Shown here in pieces: positions 19,720 through 30,661 of a stretch of DNA of 64,000 nucleotides; the first letter of the stretch is position 1, and every line of letters starts with the position of its first letter. Location of the stretch: the NCBI GenBank assembly GCA_038245785.1, contig JBBRSB010000002.1, forward strand, positions 160,001 through 224,000, given 5' to 3'. Below the pieces are notes generated by a model. That model was not told where the DNA came from and made no database searches. It worked only from the letters and a program-made list of their open reading frames with translations. Made by a program: the position numbers and the translations under genes. This DNA comes from Gloeobacterales cyanobacterium (GTDB lineage Bacteria; Cyanobacteriota; Cyanobacteriia; Gloeobacterales; PMM-0068).

Positions 19720-20691
19720 ATGAAAAAAGCTCTCATTACAGGCTTAACTGGGCAAGACGGCTCTTATCTTGCGGAACTTCTTGTCGGTAAAGGATATAAA
19801 GTCTTTGGCCTAGTACGTCGTTCTAGCTCTAGCAATCTTGACCGCATTAGTCACCTGTCGGGGAATCTCCAAATTCTATCTGGAGATCTTCTGGATCAAT
19901 CCTCTTTGATGGATGTTGTAGCTGAGTCTCAACCGGATGAGATCTATAACCTCGCTTCCCAGAGCTACGTTCCCATCTCATGGACCCAACCTGCCCTTAC
20001 TGCTGAATATACTGCTCTAGGGGTATCTCGTCTCCTTGAGTCCATCCGTCGCTGTAAACCTGACGCCAGATTTTATCAAGCCTCAAGCAGCGAAGTCTTC
20101 GGCCAGCCAGATGAATCTCCACAACATGAGCGCACGGCTTTCCGTCCTCGCAACCCCTATGGCGTTGCCAAAGCTTATGCTCATTGGATGACCATCAATT
20201 ATCGGCAGCAGTACAATCTTTATGCTTGCTGCGGTATTACCTATACCCATGAATCTCCGCGACGGGGTACTGAATTTGTCTTCCGCAAAATCACGCGTAC
20301 CGTTGCCAAGATAAAGCTTGGTCTTGCTAAGGAACTCAAACTAGGTAACTTAGAAGCTCGTCGTGATTGGTGCTATGCCGGAGATGCCGTTTACGCCATG
20401 TGGCTGATGCTGCAACAAGAAAAACCAGATGACTATATCATTGCTAGTGGTGAAGCTCACTCTGTTCGCGAGCTCATTGAATGCGCTTTCAATTATGTTG
20501 GCCTCAATTGGCAAGATTACGTCTCCGTAGATTCTAGTTTCTACCGACCGGATGAATCCGTACAACTAGTTGGATGTATTGATAAAATCCGAGGTGATCT
20601 TGGGTGGAAGCCACAATACTCATTTCAGCAATTAGTTGAACTGATGGTCGACTGTGACCTGAAAGAGTTGAGCAATGAAAAATCACTATGA
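19720..20691 (+). CDS. gmd: GDP-mannose 4,6-dehydratase
   Basis: ALITGLTGQDGSYLAE, FYQASSSE, PYGVAK, HESPRRG.EFV.RKI. Confidence 0.93.
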   Translation: MKKALITGLTGQDGSYLAELLVGKGYKVFGLVRRSSSSNLDRISHLSGNLQILSGDLLDQSSLMDVVAESQPDEIYNLASQSYVPISWTQPALTAEYTALGVSRLLESIRRCKPDARFYQASSSEVFGQPDESPQHERTAFRPRNPYGVAKAYAHWMTINYRQQYNLYACCGITYTHESPRRGTEFVFRKITRTVAKIKLGLAKELKLGNLEARRDWCYAGDAVYAMWLMLQQEKPDDYIIASGEAHSVRELIECAFNYVGLNWQDYVSVDSSFYRPDESVQLVGCIDKIRGDLGWKPQYSFQQLVELMVDCDLKELSNEKSL

Positions 20692-21857
20692 TGAAAGTTG
20701 TAGTTGATGCGACACCACTTTTACCAAAGCCAAGTGGGGTCGGTTTCTATATCTTCAATTTGCTTAAGTCCCTTTATAGATTACAATCACAAAATGATTT
20801 TAGTATAGGGATTTCTTATCAGCCTAGTTTGAAGAATTGGCTTTCTAACAACTTGTCCCCTCCAGAGAATATCAGCTCATATTCTAATCTTCATGTTTTA
20901 CCCATCCCCGTTCGAATTTCAAACTTACTAAGTCTAATTCCGGGATCACCCTTATTTCACTTTGAGCATTATTTAGGATCTCCAGATGTCATGCATGGGA
21001 CTAACTACACAGTTTTTCCATGCAAAGGCACCTTGAATTTGATGAGCCTTTATGATCTCAGCTTTATGAAGTATCCTGAATACGTAAACTCAGCTGTCAA
21101 GCAATATACCAAGAGGGTTAAACAATCCTTGCAATGGACTGATGCTATTCTAACGATTTCTGAAAGCTCCAAAAAAGATATTGTAGAGTATTTGCAAATT
21201 CCTCCTGAGCAAATATATGTAACCCCTCTCGCTAGCCGATATCATGTTAATTATCTGGCTGATGAACTCATTCAGGAGCTTGATAAAAATATTAATTATG
21301 ATTTCTCTCGGCCTTACCTTCTCTTTGTTAGTACCATCGAGCCTAGAAAAAATATCACTTCCATCCTATCTGCCTTCAATCTTCTAAAGAGTAAATATAA
21401 AATCCCTCATAATCTTGTACTTATTGGCCAAAAGGGATGGAAATATGAACCCATTTTCCAGGAAATAGAGCGTTCACCGTGGAAAGAAAAAATTTATCAT
21501 CTGGATTACTTATCTGATGAACTAGTTGCCTTATTCTATTCAAGAGCCGATGTCTTCGTTTATCCTTCCCACTACGAAGGTTTTGGTCTTCCTGTCCTAG
21601 AAGCCATGACCTTGGGAGCCCCCGTGGTCACCTCTAACACCTCATCACTACCCGAAGTTGCAGGAGATGCTGCACTCCTGATTAATCCAGATGATGTAGA
21701 AGAACTAACCACTGTCATTTTGCAAATCATTAGTGATTCTCAGATACGCGCTCAATTGGTCAAAAAAGGTAAGCACCAGGCCAGCTTATTTTCCTGGGAG
21801 AGAACAGCAAGAGAAACTTTGCACGTGTATAAATCTATGTGTGTGCTGAAAGGCTGA
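20688..21857 (+). CDS. Glycosyltransferase family 4 (mannosyltransferase-like)
   Basis: [33 protein letters not shown]. Confidence 0.9.
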   Translation: MMKVVVDATPLLPKPSGVGFYIFNLLKSLYRLQSQNDFSIGISYQPSLKNWLSNNLSPPENISSYSNLHVLPIPVRISNLLSLIPGSPLFHFEHYLGSPDVMHGTNYTVFPCKGTLNLMSLYDLSFMKYPEYVNSAVKQYTKRVKQSLQWTDAILTISESSKKDIVEYLQIPPEQIYVTPLASRYHVNYLADELIQELDKNINYDFSRPYLLFVSTIEPRKNITSILSAFNLLKSKYKIPHNLVLIGQKGWKYEPIFQEIERSPWKEKIYHLDYLSDELVALFYSRADVFVYPSHYEGFGLPVLEAMTLGAPVVTSNTSSLPEVAGDAALLINPDDVEELTTVILQIISDSQIRAQLVKKGKHQASLFSWERTARETLHVYKSMCVLKG

Positions 21858-22145
21858 AATATATCCTGAACACTATTTTACAAATTTTCAAAGCTGGAAC
21901 ATTTATTTGGCCAGACATGTCTACGCTATCTCTACCCCAAGACAGATGTTCCCCGTGCTTTCTCCGTCCAGTATGAGGAGTGACGGAAAAACAGCCGAAT
22001 TTTGACTATAATGCTTAAAATGCGGGGAAAAAAAGCTGCTAGATACTTAGTTCTGCGCAAATAGAAGGAAAACTCATTCTCTCTCCTTGGCCGTTGTAAG
22101 AGTCTCACCACGACTTTTATTCCTAACACTCTCAACAGTATCTTA

Positions 22146-23228
22146 ATGAATTCGCTGTTACTGAACCTATCCTTCCTCATCAAGAAACCGACCGGCATAG
22201 CGAACTATGCGACAAATCTTTTTCCCTATCTCAAATCTTTAAATCCAACACTTTTGACTGCACAGACTATTGCAAACCAAAAATGTCATCCTGTCCCGTC
22301 TAATCTGACGCCTGAACAGGGTACAAAAGGACATCTCAACCGTCTGCTCTGGACACAGCTACAACTGCCTCGGATCTACCAAGAACTATCTCCAAGCCTT
22401 CTCTTCTCTCCCGTACCAGAGGCTCCTCTGTACTCAAATTGCCGTTATGTCGTTACGGTTCACGATCTCATTCCGTTGCGTTTCCCCAGAGCTGGTTCAC
22501 CGCTGACCCCTTACTTTCGCTACTACATACCGAAGGTTCTGGCCCAAGCCCAACATGTTATTTGTAATTCTGTTGCGACTGCTCAAGATATTACTCACTT
22601 TTTCAATATCCCAGAAGACAAGATTACCTCTATCCCTTTAGCCCATGATGCTAATCGTTACCGAAAGCTCAATTTGCCGGATGAATATAAAGGGCGTCCT
22701 TACTTTCTCTATATCGGTCGCCACGAAACCCACAAAAATGTACTCCGTCTAGTCACGGCTTTTGCCGCCTTACCCAATTGCCATAACTATGAACTTTGGT
22801 TGGTTGGTTCGAAGGACAAACGCTACACTCCAGGTCTCATGGCGCTTGTTGATGAGCTGGGAATATCTGAGCAGGTTAAGTTCTATGGCTATCTCCCAAA
22901 ATCTCAGATGCCCACAGTGATTAACCAAGCCCTAGCTCTCGTTTTCCCCAGTCTTTGGGAAGGATTCGGCTTTCCTGTGTTAGAAGCTATGGCCTGTGGT
23001 ACACCTGTAATCACGTCAAATATTTCTTCTTTACCAGAAGTTGCGGGGGATGCAGCCCTCCTCGTTGATCCCTACAAAACAGAAGAAATCACGGAAGCCA
23101 TGCAGTTGCTCGCTGATGATTCAGCGCTCCGCTCTCGTCTTTCTGCGCTAGGTATCGCCAGAGCTGCTCAGTTCAACTGGGCAAGTACAGGGCAGGCTAC
23201 GGCAGAATTATTGAAAAAGTTTGTGTAG
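22146..23228 (+). CDS. Glycosyltransferase family 4 (mannosyltransferase-like)
   Basis: TVHDLIP, HKN, FPSLWEGFGFPVLEAM. Confidence 0.9.
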   Translation: MNSLLLNLSFLIKKPTGIANYATNLFPYLKSLNPTLLTAQTIANQKCHPVPSNLTPEQGTKGHLNRLLWTQLQLPRIYQELSPSLLFSPVPEAPLYSNCRYVVTVHDLIPLRFPRAGSPLTPYFRYYIPKVLAQAQHVICNSVATAQDITHFFNIPEDKITSIPLAHDANRYRKLNLPDEYKGRPYFLYIGRHETHKNVLRLVTAFAALPNCHNYELWLVGSKDKRYTPGLMALVDELGISEQVKFYGYLPKSQMPTVINQALALVFPSLWEGFGFPVLEAMACGTPVITSNISSLPEVAGDAALLVDPYKTEEITEAMQLLADDSALRSRLSALGIARAAQFNWASTGQATAELLKKFV

Positions 23229-23282
23229 CCAGAATCCAAAAGATGATGGGTTATCCTCGGTCGATACTGAGGAATCTAAGCG

Positions 23283-24827
23283 ATGTTGGCGAGAGTTTGG
23301 AGTGCAACTCCTTTGGGCGTGGAGGCTGTCCAAGTGGGTGTAGAGGTAGACCTTGGTGGGGGGTTGCCCCAAACGATAGTCGTCGGTCTACCCGATGCTG
23401 CCGTTCAGGAATCGAGAGAACGGGTTAAAGCCGCCATCAAGAACTCAGGCTATGCCGTCCCAATGCGTAAGGTGACGATTAATCTTGCTCCGGCGGATAT
23501 TCGCAAAGAGGGTCCAGCCTTTGATTTACCAATTGCTGTTGGCATACTCAGTGCTTCTCAACAGGTGAGCCAGGAAGTTTTAGGGGAATATCTTTTCACG
23601 GGAGAACTTTCTCTAGATGGTTCTCTACAACCTGTTGCTGGAATCTTACCGATGGCCCTACGGGCGCAGGCGCTTGGGATGAAAGGCATTGTTCTTCCAG
23701 AAGCGAATGCCCCAGAGGCTGCGATTATTCCTGGTCTTGCCGTCTATGGCTTGAAGAATCTGGCCCAAGTGGGAGATTTCTTGGCCCATCCCCACCGATT
23801 CACGCCGCTTAAACTAGATGCCAACGCTCTGTTAAATGACCTGGAAGACCAGGTGCTAGAGCTAGGGTTGGATCTTGCAGACGTCAAAGGCCAAAATCTG
23901 GCTCGTCGTTCTCTAGAAATTGCAGCCGCAGGAGGACACAATCTCCTTTTGGTCGGACCGCCTGGTTCTGGAAAAACGATGCTGGCCCGCCGTTTGCCTT
24001 CTATCCTTCCTCCCTTAGATTTTGAAGAAGCCCTGGAAGTCACCAAGATCTACTCTGTCTCTGGACTTTTGCAGCATAAAGGTCGATTGGTCAGTCGTCG
24101 ACCCTTCCGCAGTCCTCACCATTCCGCTTCCGGTCCGGCCTTGGTTGGGGGTGGTTCCTATCCACGTCCTGGAGAAATTTCTCTGGCCCATGGCGGAATT
24201 CTCTATCTAGACGAATTAACAGAGTTCCGACGAGAAGTTTTAGAATTTCTGCGGCAGCCGCTAGAAGATGGGAAGGTCACCATTGCCCGCACCCGGATGG
24301 CTCTGGAATTTCCAGCTCGCTTTACGCTGGTCGCCAGCACCAATCCTTGTCCCTGTGGATTCTATGGAGATACGCTGGTCGCCTGTCGCTGTAGCGCTCT
24401 ACAGAGAGAAAAGTACTGGAATCGTCTTTCTGGTCCGCTTCTAGACCGCATAGATCTTCAAGTGGTGGTGACGCGACTCAAGCCAGAAGAAATGAATATT
24501 AAGGCGCATATACCAGCAGAATCTTCTGCCGTAGTGCGCGCCCGCGTAAGCAAGGCCCGTCAGCATCAAAAAGAGCGGCTTCAAGGCGAGAACGTACACT
24601 GCAATGCCCAAATGACTTCTCGACATCTACGCAAGCATGTTGTTCTAGAAGATGCTAGTCGTCAACTTTTGGAAGTAGCCGTACGGCGTTTGGGGCTATC
24701 GGCTAGAGCACTGGACCGAGTACTAAAAGTTGCTCGAACAATTGCAGACCTTGCCAACGAACCGAACGTACACACACCGCATGTGGCAGAAGCTATTCAA
24801 TATCGAGCTTTGGACCGGATGCAGTAA
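23283..24827 (+). CDS. comM: YifB/ComM family Mg-chelatase-like AAA ATPase
   Basis: VGLPDAAVQESRERV, GPPGSGKT, RPFRSPHHS, NPCPCG, LSGPLLDRID. Confidence 0.9.
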   Translation: MLARVWSATPLGVEAVQVGVEVDLGGGLPQTIVVGLPDAAVQESRERVKAAIKNSGYAVPMRKVTINLAPADIRKEGPAFDLPIAVGILSASQQVSQEVLGEYLFTGELSLDGSLQPVAGILPMALRAQALGMKGIVLPEANAPEAAIIPGLAVYGLKNLAQVGDFLAHPHRFTPLKLDANALLNDLEDQVLELGLDLADVKGQNLARRSLEIAAAGGHNLLLVGPPGSGKTMLARRLPSILPPLDFEEALEVTKIYSVSGLLQHKGRLVSRRPFRSPHHSASGPALVGGGSYPRPGEISLAHGGILYLDELTEFRREVLEFLRQPLEDGKVTIARTRMALEFPARFTLVASTNPCPCGFYGDTLVACRCSALQREKYWNRLSGPLLDRIDLQVVVTRLKPEEMNIKAHIPAESSAVVRARVSKARQHQKERLQGENVHCNAQMTSRHLRKHVVLEDASRQLLEVAVRRLGLSARALDRVLKVARTIADLANEPNVHTPHVAEAIQYRALDRMQ

Positions 24828-24829
24828 AA

Positions 24830-24933
24830 GATCCCCCGCTCCCCTGTTCCACCCCACCCTAGCCCTCCCCTTATCAAGGGGAGAGAACTGCATCTCCATT
24901 TCCCCCCTTGGCAAGGGGAGATTAAGGGGGGTC
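24830..24933. repeat. Cyanobacterial palindromic repeat cluster (CCCCTTNNNAAGGGG hairpins) between convergent genes
   Basis: CTCCCCTTATCAAGGGGAG and CCCCTTGGCAAGGGG, plus GGGGGGTC. Supplies the rsmG stop region. Confidence 0.75.
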
Positions 24934-25692
24934 TTCCGTCGCTTCAGGCTCACTAGAAGGTTTTGGATCTTCTAGGGCACCAATGGGATACTTCGTCGGC
25001 GTGCCTACTTCTCGTGGAAATACTTCTAGCGTGGGCTTGATTTTGAGAAGATGGATGCAGTGCCGGATAGCTCTGGTGATCGGCAAGGTAAACTCATCCA
25101 CGGAGGCAACCTTAGCGCCCAAGGCATAGGCTGCTCGTTCCAATTCCTGGGCTTCCCGTTCTTCCCACGTGCCTCGGTAAAGAATTACGCGGCCACCGAC
25201 TTTCGCAAAAGGCAGTCCATACTCGGCACAAACATTGGCAGGGGCGACCGCTCGCAGGACAACCAGGTCATAGCCTTCTCGTTGCTGCCGCTTATGGCCC
25301 AACTCTTCTGCTCGACCTGTAATCGTTTGGGCATTGTTAATCCCTAGGCTTTGAATCGCATTATTGATAAAGGCTGTTTTTTTACGGGTACTATCGGCCA
25401 TCATCACGTACCAGGTTGGCTGCATGATAGCGATCGGCATTCCAGGAAAACCACCTCCCGTACCGAGGTCCAGCACCGCAATATCTTTATTCTTTAGCAG
25501 TGGGACAATGCCGCGTAGCGAATCCCAAAGATGTTTTTCCCAATAGGCTTCTGGTTCAACAATACGGGTGAGGTTGAGTTGTTCGTTGGCTTGGATGACT
25601 AAGTTGTAAAAACGGTCAAAAAGCTGGATTTGGTTTGTATCTGGCTGCCAATGCAGCGTATCGGCCCAAAGATGATGAGGTAAGAGCGTCAT
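24922..25692 (-). CDS. rsmG: 16S rRNA m7G527 methyltransferase
   Basis: NLTRI, KHLWDSL, DLGTGGGFPG, GRAEE, RAVA. Confidence 0.93.
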   Translation of the reverse strand: MTLLPHHLWADTLHWQPDTNQIQLFDRFYNLVIQANEQLNLTRIVEPEAYWEKHLWDSLRGIVPLLKNKDIAVLDLGTGGGFPGMPIAIMQPTWYVMMADSTRKKTAFINNAIQSLGINNAQTITGRAEELGHKRQQREGYDLVVLRAVAPANVCAEYGLPFAKVGGRVILYRGTWEEREAQELERAAYALGAKVASVDEFTLPITRAIRHCIHLLKIKPTLEVFPREVGTPTKYPIGALEDPKPSSEPEATEDPP

Positions 25693-25745
25693 GAGGATTA
25701 GGGGGCAGGAGTATTGAACTGGTTGGGCACGGGATAGCCTAGAAA

Positions 25746-26948
25746 CTAGACAACAGCGGCCTGTTTTTGGGCCAGGTCTCTAAGCGTCCGACGAGCCCAT
25801 AGGTCTGCTTCCACAATATCTTCTAGCGATGGGCTGTTGATATTGTCGTGGGCTTCACAAGTCGCGTCTAAAAGTCGAGGAATATCTAGAAAAGTGACGT
25901 GCTCCTCCAAGAAGAGACCGACCACTTCTTCATTGGCAGCGTTCAAAACTGCAGGCATCGTACCGGCTGCTCTTCCTGCGGCAAAGGCCAAGTCCATACA
26001 TGGATATTTCTGATGGTCTGGCTCCCGGAAGGTCAAATCTCCGCAGGTGGTCAAATCCAGGGGACGCCACGGGGTCTCAATTCGCTCCGGATAGCCAAGG
26101 GCATAGAGAATCGGTAAACGCATATCCGGCCAACCCAATTGAGCCAATACAGAAGTGTCTTTCAGCTCAATCAAAGAATGGATGATGCTCTGAGGATGAA
26201 TCACAATCCGAATATCGTCATAGCTCAACTGGCCAAAAAGCCAGTGCGCTTCAATAACTTCCAATCCTTTATTCATCAAGGTTGCAGAATCGACCGTAAT
26301 TTTTTGGCCCATAACCCAGTTGGGATGTTTGAGGGCATCTTTCGGGGTAACTTGAGCTAGTTTTTCCGTAGGCCAATCTCGGAAAGCGCCTCCAGAAGCG
26401 GTCAGGATGATCCCTTTTAGTCCATCGGTCGGTACTCCCTGCAAGCACTGGAAAATAGCCGAATGTTCTGAATCTACAGGGATTAACTTAGTACCTTTGG
26501 CCTGAATCCGGGGCAGAACCACAGGGCCCCCGGCCACTAGGGTTTCCTTATTCGCTAAACCCAAATCTTTTCCAGCTTCAATCGCCGCCAGCGTCGGCTT
26601 AAGACCAGCCACCCCGACAATCCCTGTAATCACCATGGGGGCGCTGCCATAGGCCGCTACCTGCACGATGCCTTCTGGACCGACAAGGACTTCAGGCGAC
26701 TGAGGAAAATCAACTAATCTTGCTATAAGTTCCTTGCGTCCGACCTCACTGCCGACGGCCACCAATTCAGGTTTGAACTGGCGGATTTGCTGTTCCACAA
26801 GGTCAATATTGTGATTGGCACTGAGGGCTGTGACCCGAAAGCGTTCAGGGTATTGAGCCACGATTTCCAGAGTCTGGGTACCGATAGACCCTGTAGAGCC
26901 AAGCAAAATGAATTCTTTCACCGAAAAATGCTTAAGGATCCCTTGCAT
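25746..26948 (-). CDS. dxr: 1-deoxy-D-xylulose-5-phosphate reductoisomerase
   Basis: [43 protein letters not shown]. Confidence 0.95.
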   Translation of the reverse strand: MQGILKHFSVKEFILLGSTGSIGTQTLEIVAQYPERFRVTALSANHNIDLVEQQIRQFKPELVAVGSEVGRKELIARLVDFPQSPEVLVGPEGIVQVAAYGSAPMVITGIVGVAGLKPTLAAIEAGKDLGLANKETLVAGGPVVLPRIQAKGTKLIPVDSEHSAIFQCLQGVPTDGLKGIILTASGGAFRDWPTEKLAQVTPKDALKHPNWVMGQKITVDSATLMNKGLEVIEAHWLFGQLSYDDIRIVIHPQSIIHSLIELKDTSVLAQLGWPDMRLPILYALGYPERIETPWRPLDLTTCGDLTFREPDHQKYPCMDLAFAAGRAAGTMPAVLNAANEEVVGLFLEEHVTFLDIPRLLDATCEAHDNINSPSLEDIVEADLWARRTLRDLAQKQAAVV

Positions 26949-27093
26949 TGTACCTATGAGTGGCGCGTCGAGTGGCGCGAACTGCTAGGAGTCTACTTTC
27001 TTAGCTTCATCCTTTTGGAAGATTACAACGCTGCTTCATCTGTAAGAAATTGAAAAAGAGCAGAGAATGGAAAATGCAGGGAGCCGAAAATAA

Positions 27094-27927
27094 ATGTTAA
27101 TTCAAGTTGGCTATGAGTTGATATTGGGGGTGCCGTCGCCTACTCCTACGCTCCTAAAACTCTATCTACACCTATCCTATGGGCCAAAGGTAGAATATTG
27201 CGCACAGCTACGTACTGAGCCAGAAACTCCTATTGAAGAATTTACAGATAGTTTCGGTAATCGGGTGGGCCGTCTTGTTTTGCCAGCTGGTCAGGTAAGG
27301 CTATGGCATGAGGCCATAGTCGAGGATAGCGGTCAGCCAGACATTGTTGATTGGAGTGCTCAGCGTCATCCTGTGCAGGATCTACCCGTAGAAGTGCTTC
27401 CTTATCTACTAGCGAGTCGTTATTGCGAAGTCGACCGCCTTTCAGAAATCGCCTGGAATCTTTTTGGCCAGATTCCTGCAGGCTGGGCGCAGGTGCAAGC
27501 GGTTTGTGATTGGGTCCATAACAATATTAAGTTTGGTTATGAGTATGCCCGTCCGACCAAAACAGCCTATGACGTTTACCTCGAACGCACTGGGGTTTGC
27601 CGCGATTTTATGCATTTGGCGGTCACCTTTTGTCGCTGCTTGAATATCCCAGCACGCTGTGTGGGTGGCTATCTCGGTGATATTGGTATCCCCCCGCAGC
27701 CCTTTCCTATGGATTTCAGTGGCTGGTTCGAAGTCTATCTGAGCCACCAGTGGTACACCTTCGATGCCCGACACAATACCCCTCGGATTGGACGCATTGT
27801 CATGGCACGAGGCCGTGATGCGGTAGATATCGCATTCACTACCTCCTTCGGTCAATTTAACTTGGAAAAGTTCACCGTTTGGACCAACGAAATTTCTGAA
27901 GTTCAAAGTGCTTTAGCTGTTGGCTAA
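27094..27927 (+). CDS. Transglutaminase-like family protein
   Basis: SRYCEVD, GVCRDFMHL, W.TFDARHN.PR.GR...GRDA.D. Confidence 0.88.
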   Translation: MLIQVGYELILGVPSPTPTLLKLYLHLSYGPKVEYCAQLRTEPETPIEEFTDSFGNRVGRLVLPAGQVRLWHEAIVEDSGQPDIVDWSAQRHPVQDLPVEVLPYLLASRYCEVDRLSEIAWNLFGQIPAGWAQVQAVCDWVHNNIKFGYEYARPTKTAYDVYLERTGVCRDFMHLAVTFCRCLNIPARCVGGYLGDIGIPPQPFPMDFSGWFEVYLSHQWYTFDARHNTPRIGRIVMARGRDAVDIAFTTSFGQFNLEKFTVWTNEISEVQSALAVG

Positions 27928-28892
27928 GGCATGGTTGCAGATGGAGCTTTTGAAGCACTGGACAAACTATTTAAACCCGATAATATACGGATGTCTTCAT
28001 CTTCTGAGGGCGCATTTTGAGCCCCTCCATAAGCATTCAATCTTGTAAGTAGTTTTTCATCAGCTTCGTGCTCCTCGGCGACAACGGGTGGATTATAGGA
28101 CGTGTTATGGAGAGCAGGCTGCTGGCTCAGTTTAGCTAGCGGGAGAAGTGGATTTGAGGGAAGCGGCGGAACGGATGGAATGGAAGAAACAGATCTAGGG
28201 CTAAACGTTTTAGGATTGAACAAGGGTAGAGCCATCAAGTTTCTTTTTGGCTCTGGCTTCGGTCCTCTATTTATAGGAACCTCTACCATCAATGGAGCAG
28301 GCGCAGTCAGAATCCTCACCACTTTTATAGACCGAGGAATCATCGGAAGTGTCGGTATCGGTTGCGTTAATGGAGCTTGAGGCGGAATACGGGTAGGATT
28401 TGTGGCAATCTCTTTGCTCTTCTGCAGAGATTCAGAACGTTTAATAAGATCAATTTTTGGAGCCGAAGACTTTTCTGCAATAGTCTGTTGAGTGGAATTA
28501 GATTTATTGATAGTTTCTTGTGCTGTTTCCTCCCGAATGACTTCACGCACAATGATCGATTTTGGTTGCAGACTGTAACCGAGTAAGGTTCCCGTTATAC
28601 CGATGGAAAAGGCTCCAAGCATGAAGGCGGGGGAATACTGCTTTTGCCAGAATTGCATCCCAGGCTTTACTAAATTAACTTCGGAGGTAGGAGGCTTGTA
28701 CAGCGTAATGGCACCCTCCTTGGACAAAGAAATATAAGCTTCAGAAACTTGTCTAAAGTGCTGTTCAGCTTCAGGAGAATGATTCACTTGGGCATGATAT
28801 TCACTTACTATCAGTAAGTAGGATTCTTTAATTTCTTCTTTGCTAGCCTGGGGAGCTATCCCTAACAGTTTATATAAATTCTCAGAAGACAT
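27924..28892 (-). CDS. J-domain-like protein (HPD replaced by HAQ) with a TM helix and Pro-rich tail
   Basis: NLYKLLGI...ASKEEIKESY......YHAQVN...AEQHFRQVSEAY..LS. Start chosen at ATG 28892; the ORF extension runs into a repeat. Confidence 0.7.
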   Translation of the reverse strand: MSSENLYKLLGIAPQASKEEIKESYLLIVSEYHAQVNHSPEAEQHFRQVSEAYISLSKEGAITLYKPPTSEVNLVKPGMQFWQKQYSPAFMLGAFSIGITGTLLGYSLQPKSIIVREVIREETAQETINKSNSTQQTIAEKSSAPKIDLIKRSESLQKSKEIATNPTRIPPQAPLTQPIPTLPMIPRSIKVVRILTAPAPLMVEVPINRGPKPEPKRNLMALPLFNPKTFSPRSVSSIPSVPPLPSNPLLPLAKLSQQPALHNTSYNPPVVAEEHEADEKLLTRLNAYGGAQNAPSEDEDIRILSGLNSLSSASKAPSATMP

Positions 28893-28945
28893 AGCTATAA
28901 CTCCACACCTATCAAGCCTAGGTAGCCAGGTGAAACTAAATAGAA

Positions 28946-28993
28946 GACCCCCCGTAGTCCCCCTTGGCAAGGGGGACGGCGATAGCCGGGGGT
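28946..28993. repeat. Palindromic repeat (GTCCCCCTTGGCAAGGGGGAC hairpin)
   Basis: Same family as 24830-24933. Confidence 0.75.
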
Positions 28994-29095
28994 GATGTTC
29001 ACTTTAATCAAGCCCACCTACTTATTCGCTATTTTTGTATTGCTTAATTTTACCTCTTTAAATTTTTGGAATATAAAGTTTTCGTTTATTTTGCT

Positions 29096-29812
29096 TTAGC
29101 CAGCAGAGGTGAGCACACGGCACACCTGACCCTGTGGTTTTGATAGAGACCAAGAAGTACTGGTCGCAGGAATATCAAGAACTAACTGTTCAAAATCCCA
29201 AGGACCAAAGTGATAAATATTGGTAAATTCTGTATGTTCAGCACAGAGAACAGGATGGGTTAAAGACAGTTTCTGCGGTTCAAGGATCCAATGTTCTCTA
29301 TAAACTAAGTTGTCTTCCACAGCAATTTCAATCAGATTAGAAAAGTATTGAAACTGCCACTTTTCCTTCATGGCGATCCGGCCAGCAGACCAAATATCCT
29401 GGTATTGCAGGAGACTTCCCTTCGCCAGCGCAATATTAACTTTTTGGATAAAGTGAGCTCCAGTAGCCAAGATAATCGAGTGGGGTAGAAAGATTAGTTT
29501 CCCCCCTTCATCAACTTGGATCTTGAGCGTTTGCTGAGATTTTCCTGGGTAGATCAAGGTTGATGCTTGAGTTCGTAATTCTAGGGTGCTGTTACGACCT
29601 ACGTGCACCTCCAAATCATGAATGTCACCTGCTAAGAGACCGGCTGAAGGGGTGCGGATATACACGGTTGGATAGTTGTTATCCTCTAAATAAAGGGGGC
29701 GATGAAGTTGGAGTGGAGCTTGGCCGTACTGATGGATAACGACAGAAATTCCATCTCGGTTAGCTACGCTTAGTTTGGCAATTCCCAGATTAGGCATGAG
29801 ATAAGTCTTCAA
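29096..29812 (-). CDS. ureD: Urease accessory protein UreD
   Basis: [30 protein letters not shown]. Overlaps the end of ureG. Confidence 0.8.
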   Translation of the reverse strand: MKTYLMPNLGIAKLSVANRDGISVVIHQYGQAPLQLHRPLYLEDNNYPTVYIRTPSAGLLAGDIHDLEVHVGRNSTLELRTQASTLIYPGKSQQTLKIQVDEGGKLIFLPHSIILATGAHFIQKVNIALAKGSLLQYQDIWSAGRIAMKEKWQFQYFSNLIEIAVEDNLVYREHWILEPQKLSLTHPVLCAEHTEFTNIYHFGPWDFEQLVLDIPATSTSWSLSKPQGQVCRVLTSAG

Positions 29813-30413
29813 AGAGCACCTGTTTGCACAACCAGTCCACTACCAAATCCAAACCGATGCCATGTTTGAGGTCCGTGAAGATAAAGGGCCGCTCTTGACG
29901 CATCCGTTTTGAATCTCGCTCCATAATGCCCAAATCAGCACCAACATAGGGTGCCAAATCAATCTTATTGATCACCAACAAATCAGAACGTGTAATCGCT
30001 GGGCCTCCTTTGCGCGGAATCTTATCTCCTTGAGCTACATCGATCACGTAGATAAAACTGTCTACCAATTCAGGACTAAAGGTTGCCGCTAGATTATCTC
30101 CACCGGATTCTAAAAACATCAGATCTGGCTTGAATTTTTGTTCTAGAACTTCCAACGCATCCATATTCAAGGAAGCATCCTCCCGAATCGCCGTATGGGG
30201 ACATCCTCCTGTTTCCACTCCGATAATCCGTTCTGCCGGTAATACCCCACTCCGAATTAAGAAGTCAGCATCTTCTTTGGTGTAGATGTCATTGGTGACC
30301 ACGGCAATAGAGTAACGAGGGGATAGCTCCTTACACAAAGCTTCTAAAAGTGCTGTTTTGCCAGAGCCCACCGGACCGCCGATACCAACTCTGAGACTAC
30401 TTTTGGGATTCAT
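29790..30413 (-). CDS. ureG: Urease accessory GTPase UreG
   Basis: [43 protein letters not shown]. Confidence 0.95.
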   Translation of the reverse strand: MNPKSSLRVGIGGPVGSGKTALLEALCKELSPRYSIAVVTNDIYTKEDADFLIRSGVLPAERIIGVETGGCPHTAIREDASLNMDALEVLEQKFKPDLMFLESGGDNLAATFSPELVDSFIYVIDVAQGDKIPRKGGPAITRSDLLVINKIDLAPYVGADLGIMERDSKRMRQERPFIFTDLKHGIGLDLVVDWLCKQVLFEDLSHA

Positions 30414-30507
30414 GAGGTGAGGGGGAAAGAATGGGGGCACTTCATTGTAAATGTTCACATGCGTACAAGCGCTAAAACTCCTAACCAGTGGGACTTAGCG
30501 TTATTCC

Positions 30508-30523
30508 TGTAGTCATTAATACA
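30508..30523. promoter_or_regulatory. NtcA box between divergent ureG and urtA
   Basis: TGTA-GTCATTAA-TACA fits GTA-N8-TAC with T/A flanks. A second GTA-N8-TAC lies at 30560-30573. Confidence 0.72.
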
Positions 30524-30661
30524 AATCGCGCACTAGCGTTCTGGTATCTCCTTACGACAGTAAGTGTTTGTACAGTTTTGCATACGTGCAGTTAGTCAGC
30601 TATCTGAACCAACTTCACCTACGCAATCAATCAACAGAATCAAGCAGAAGAGGAGTAAACG

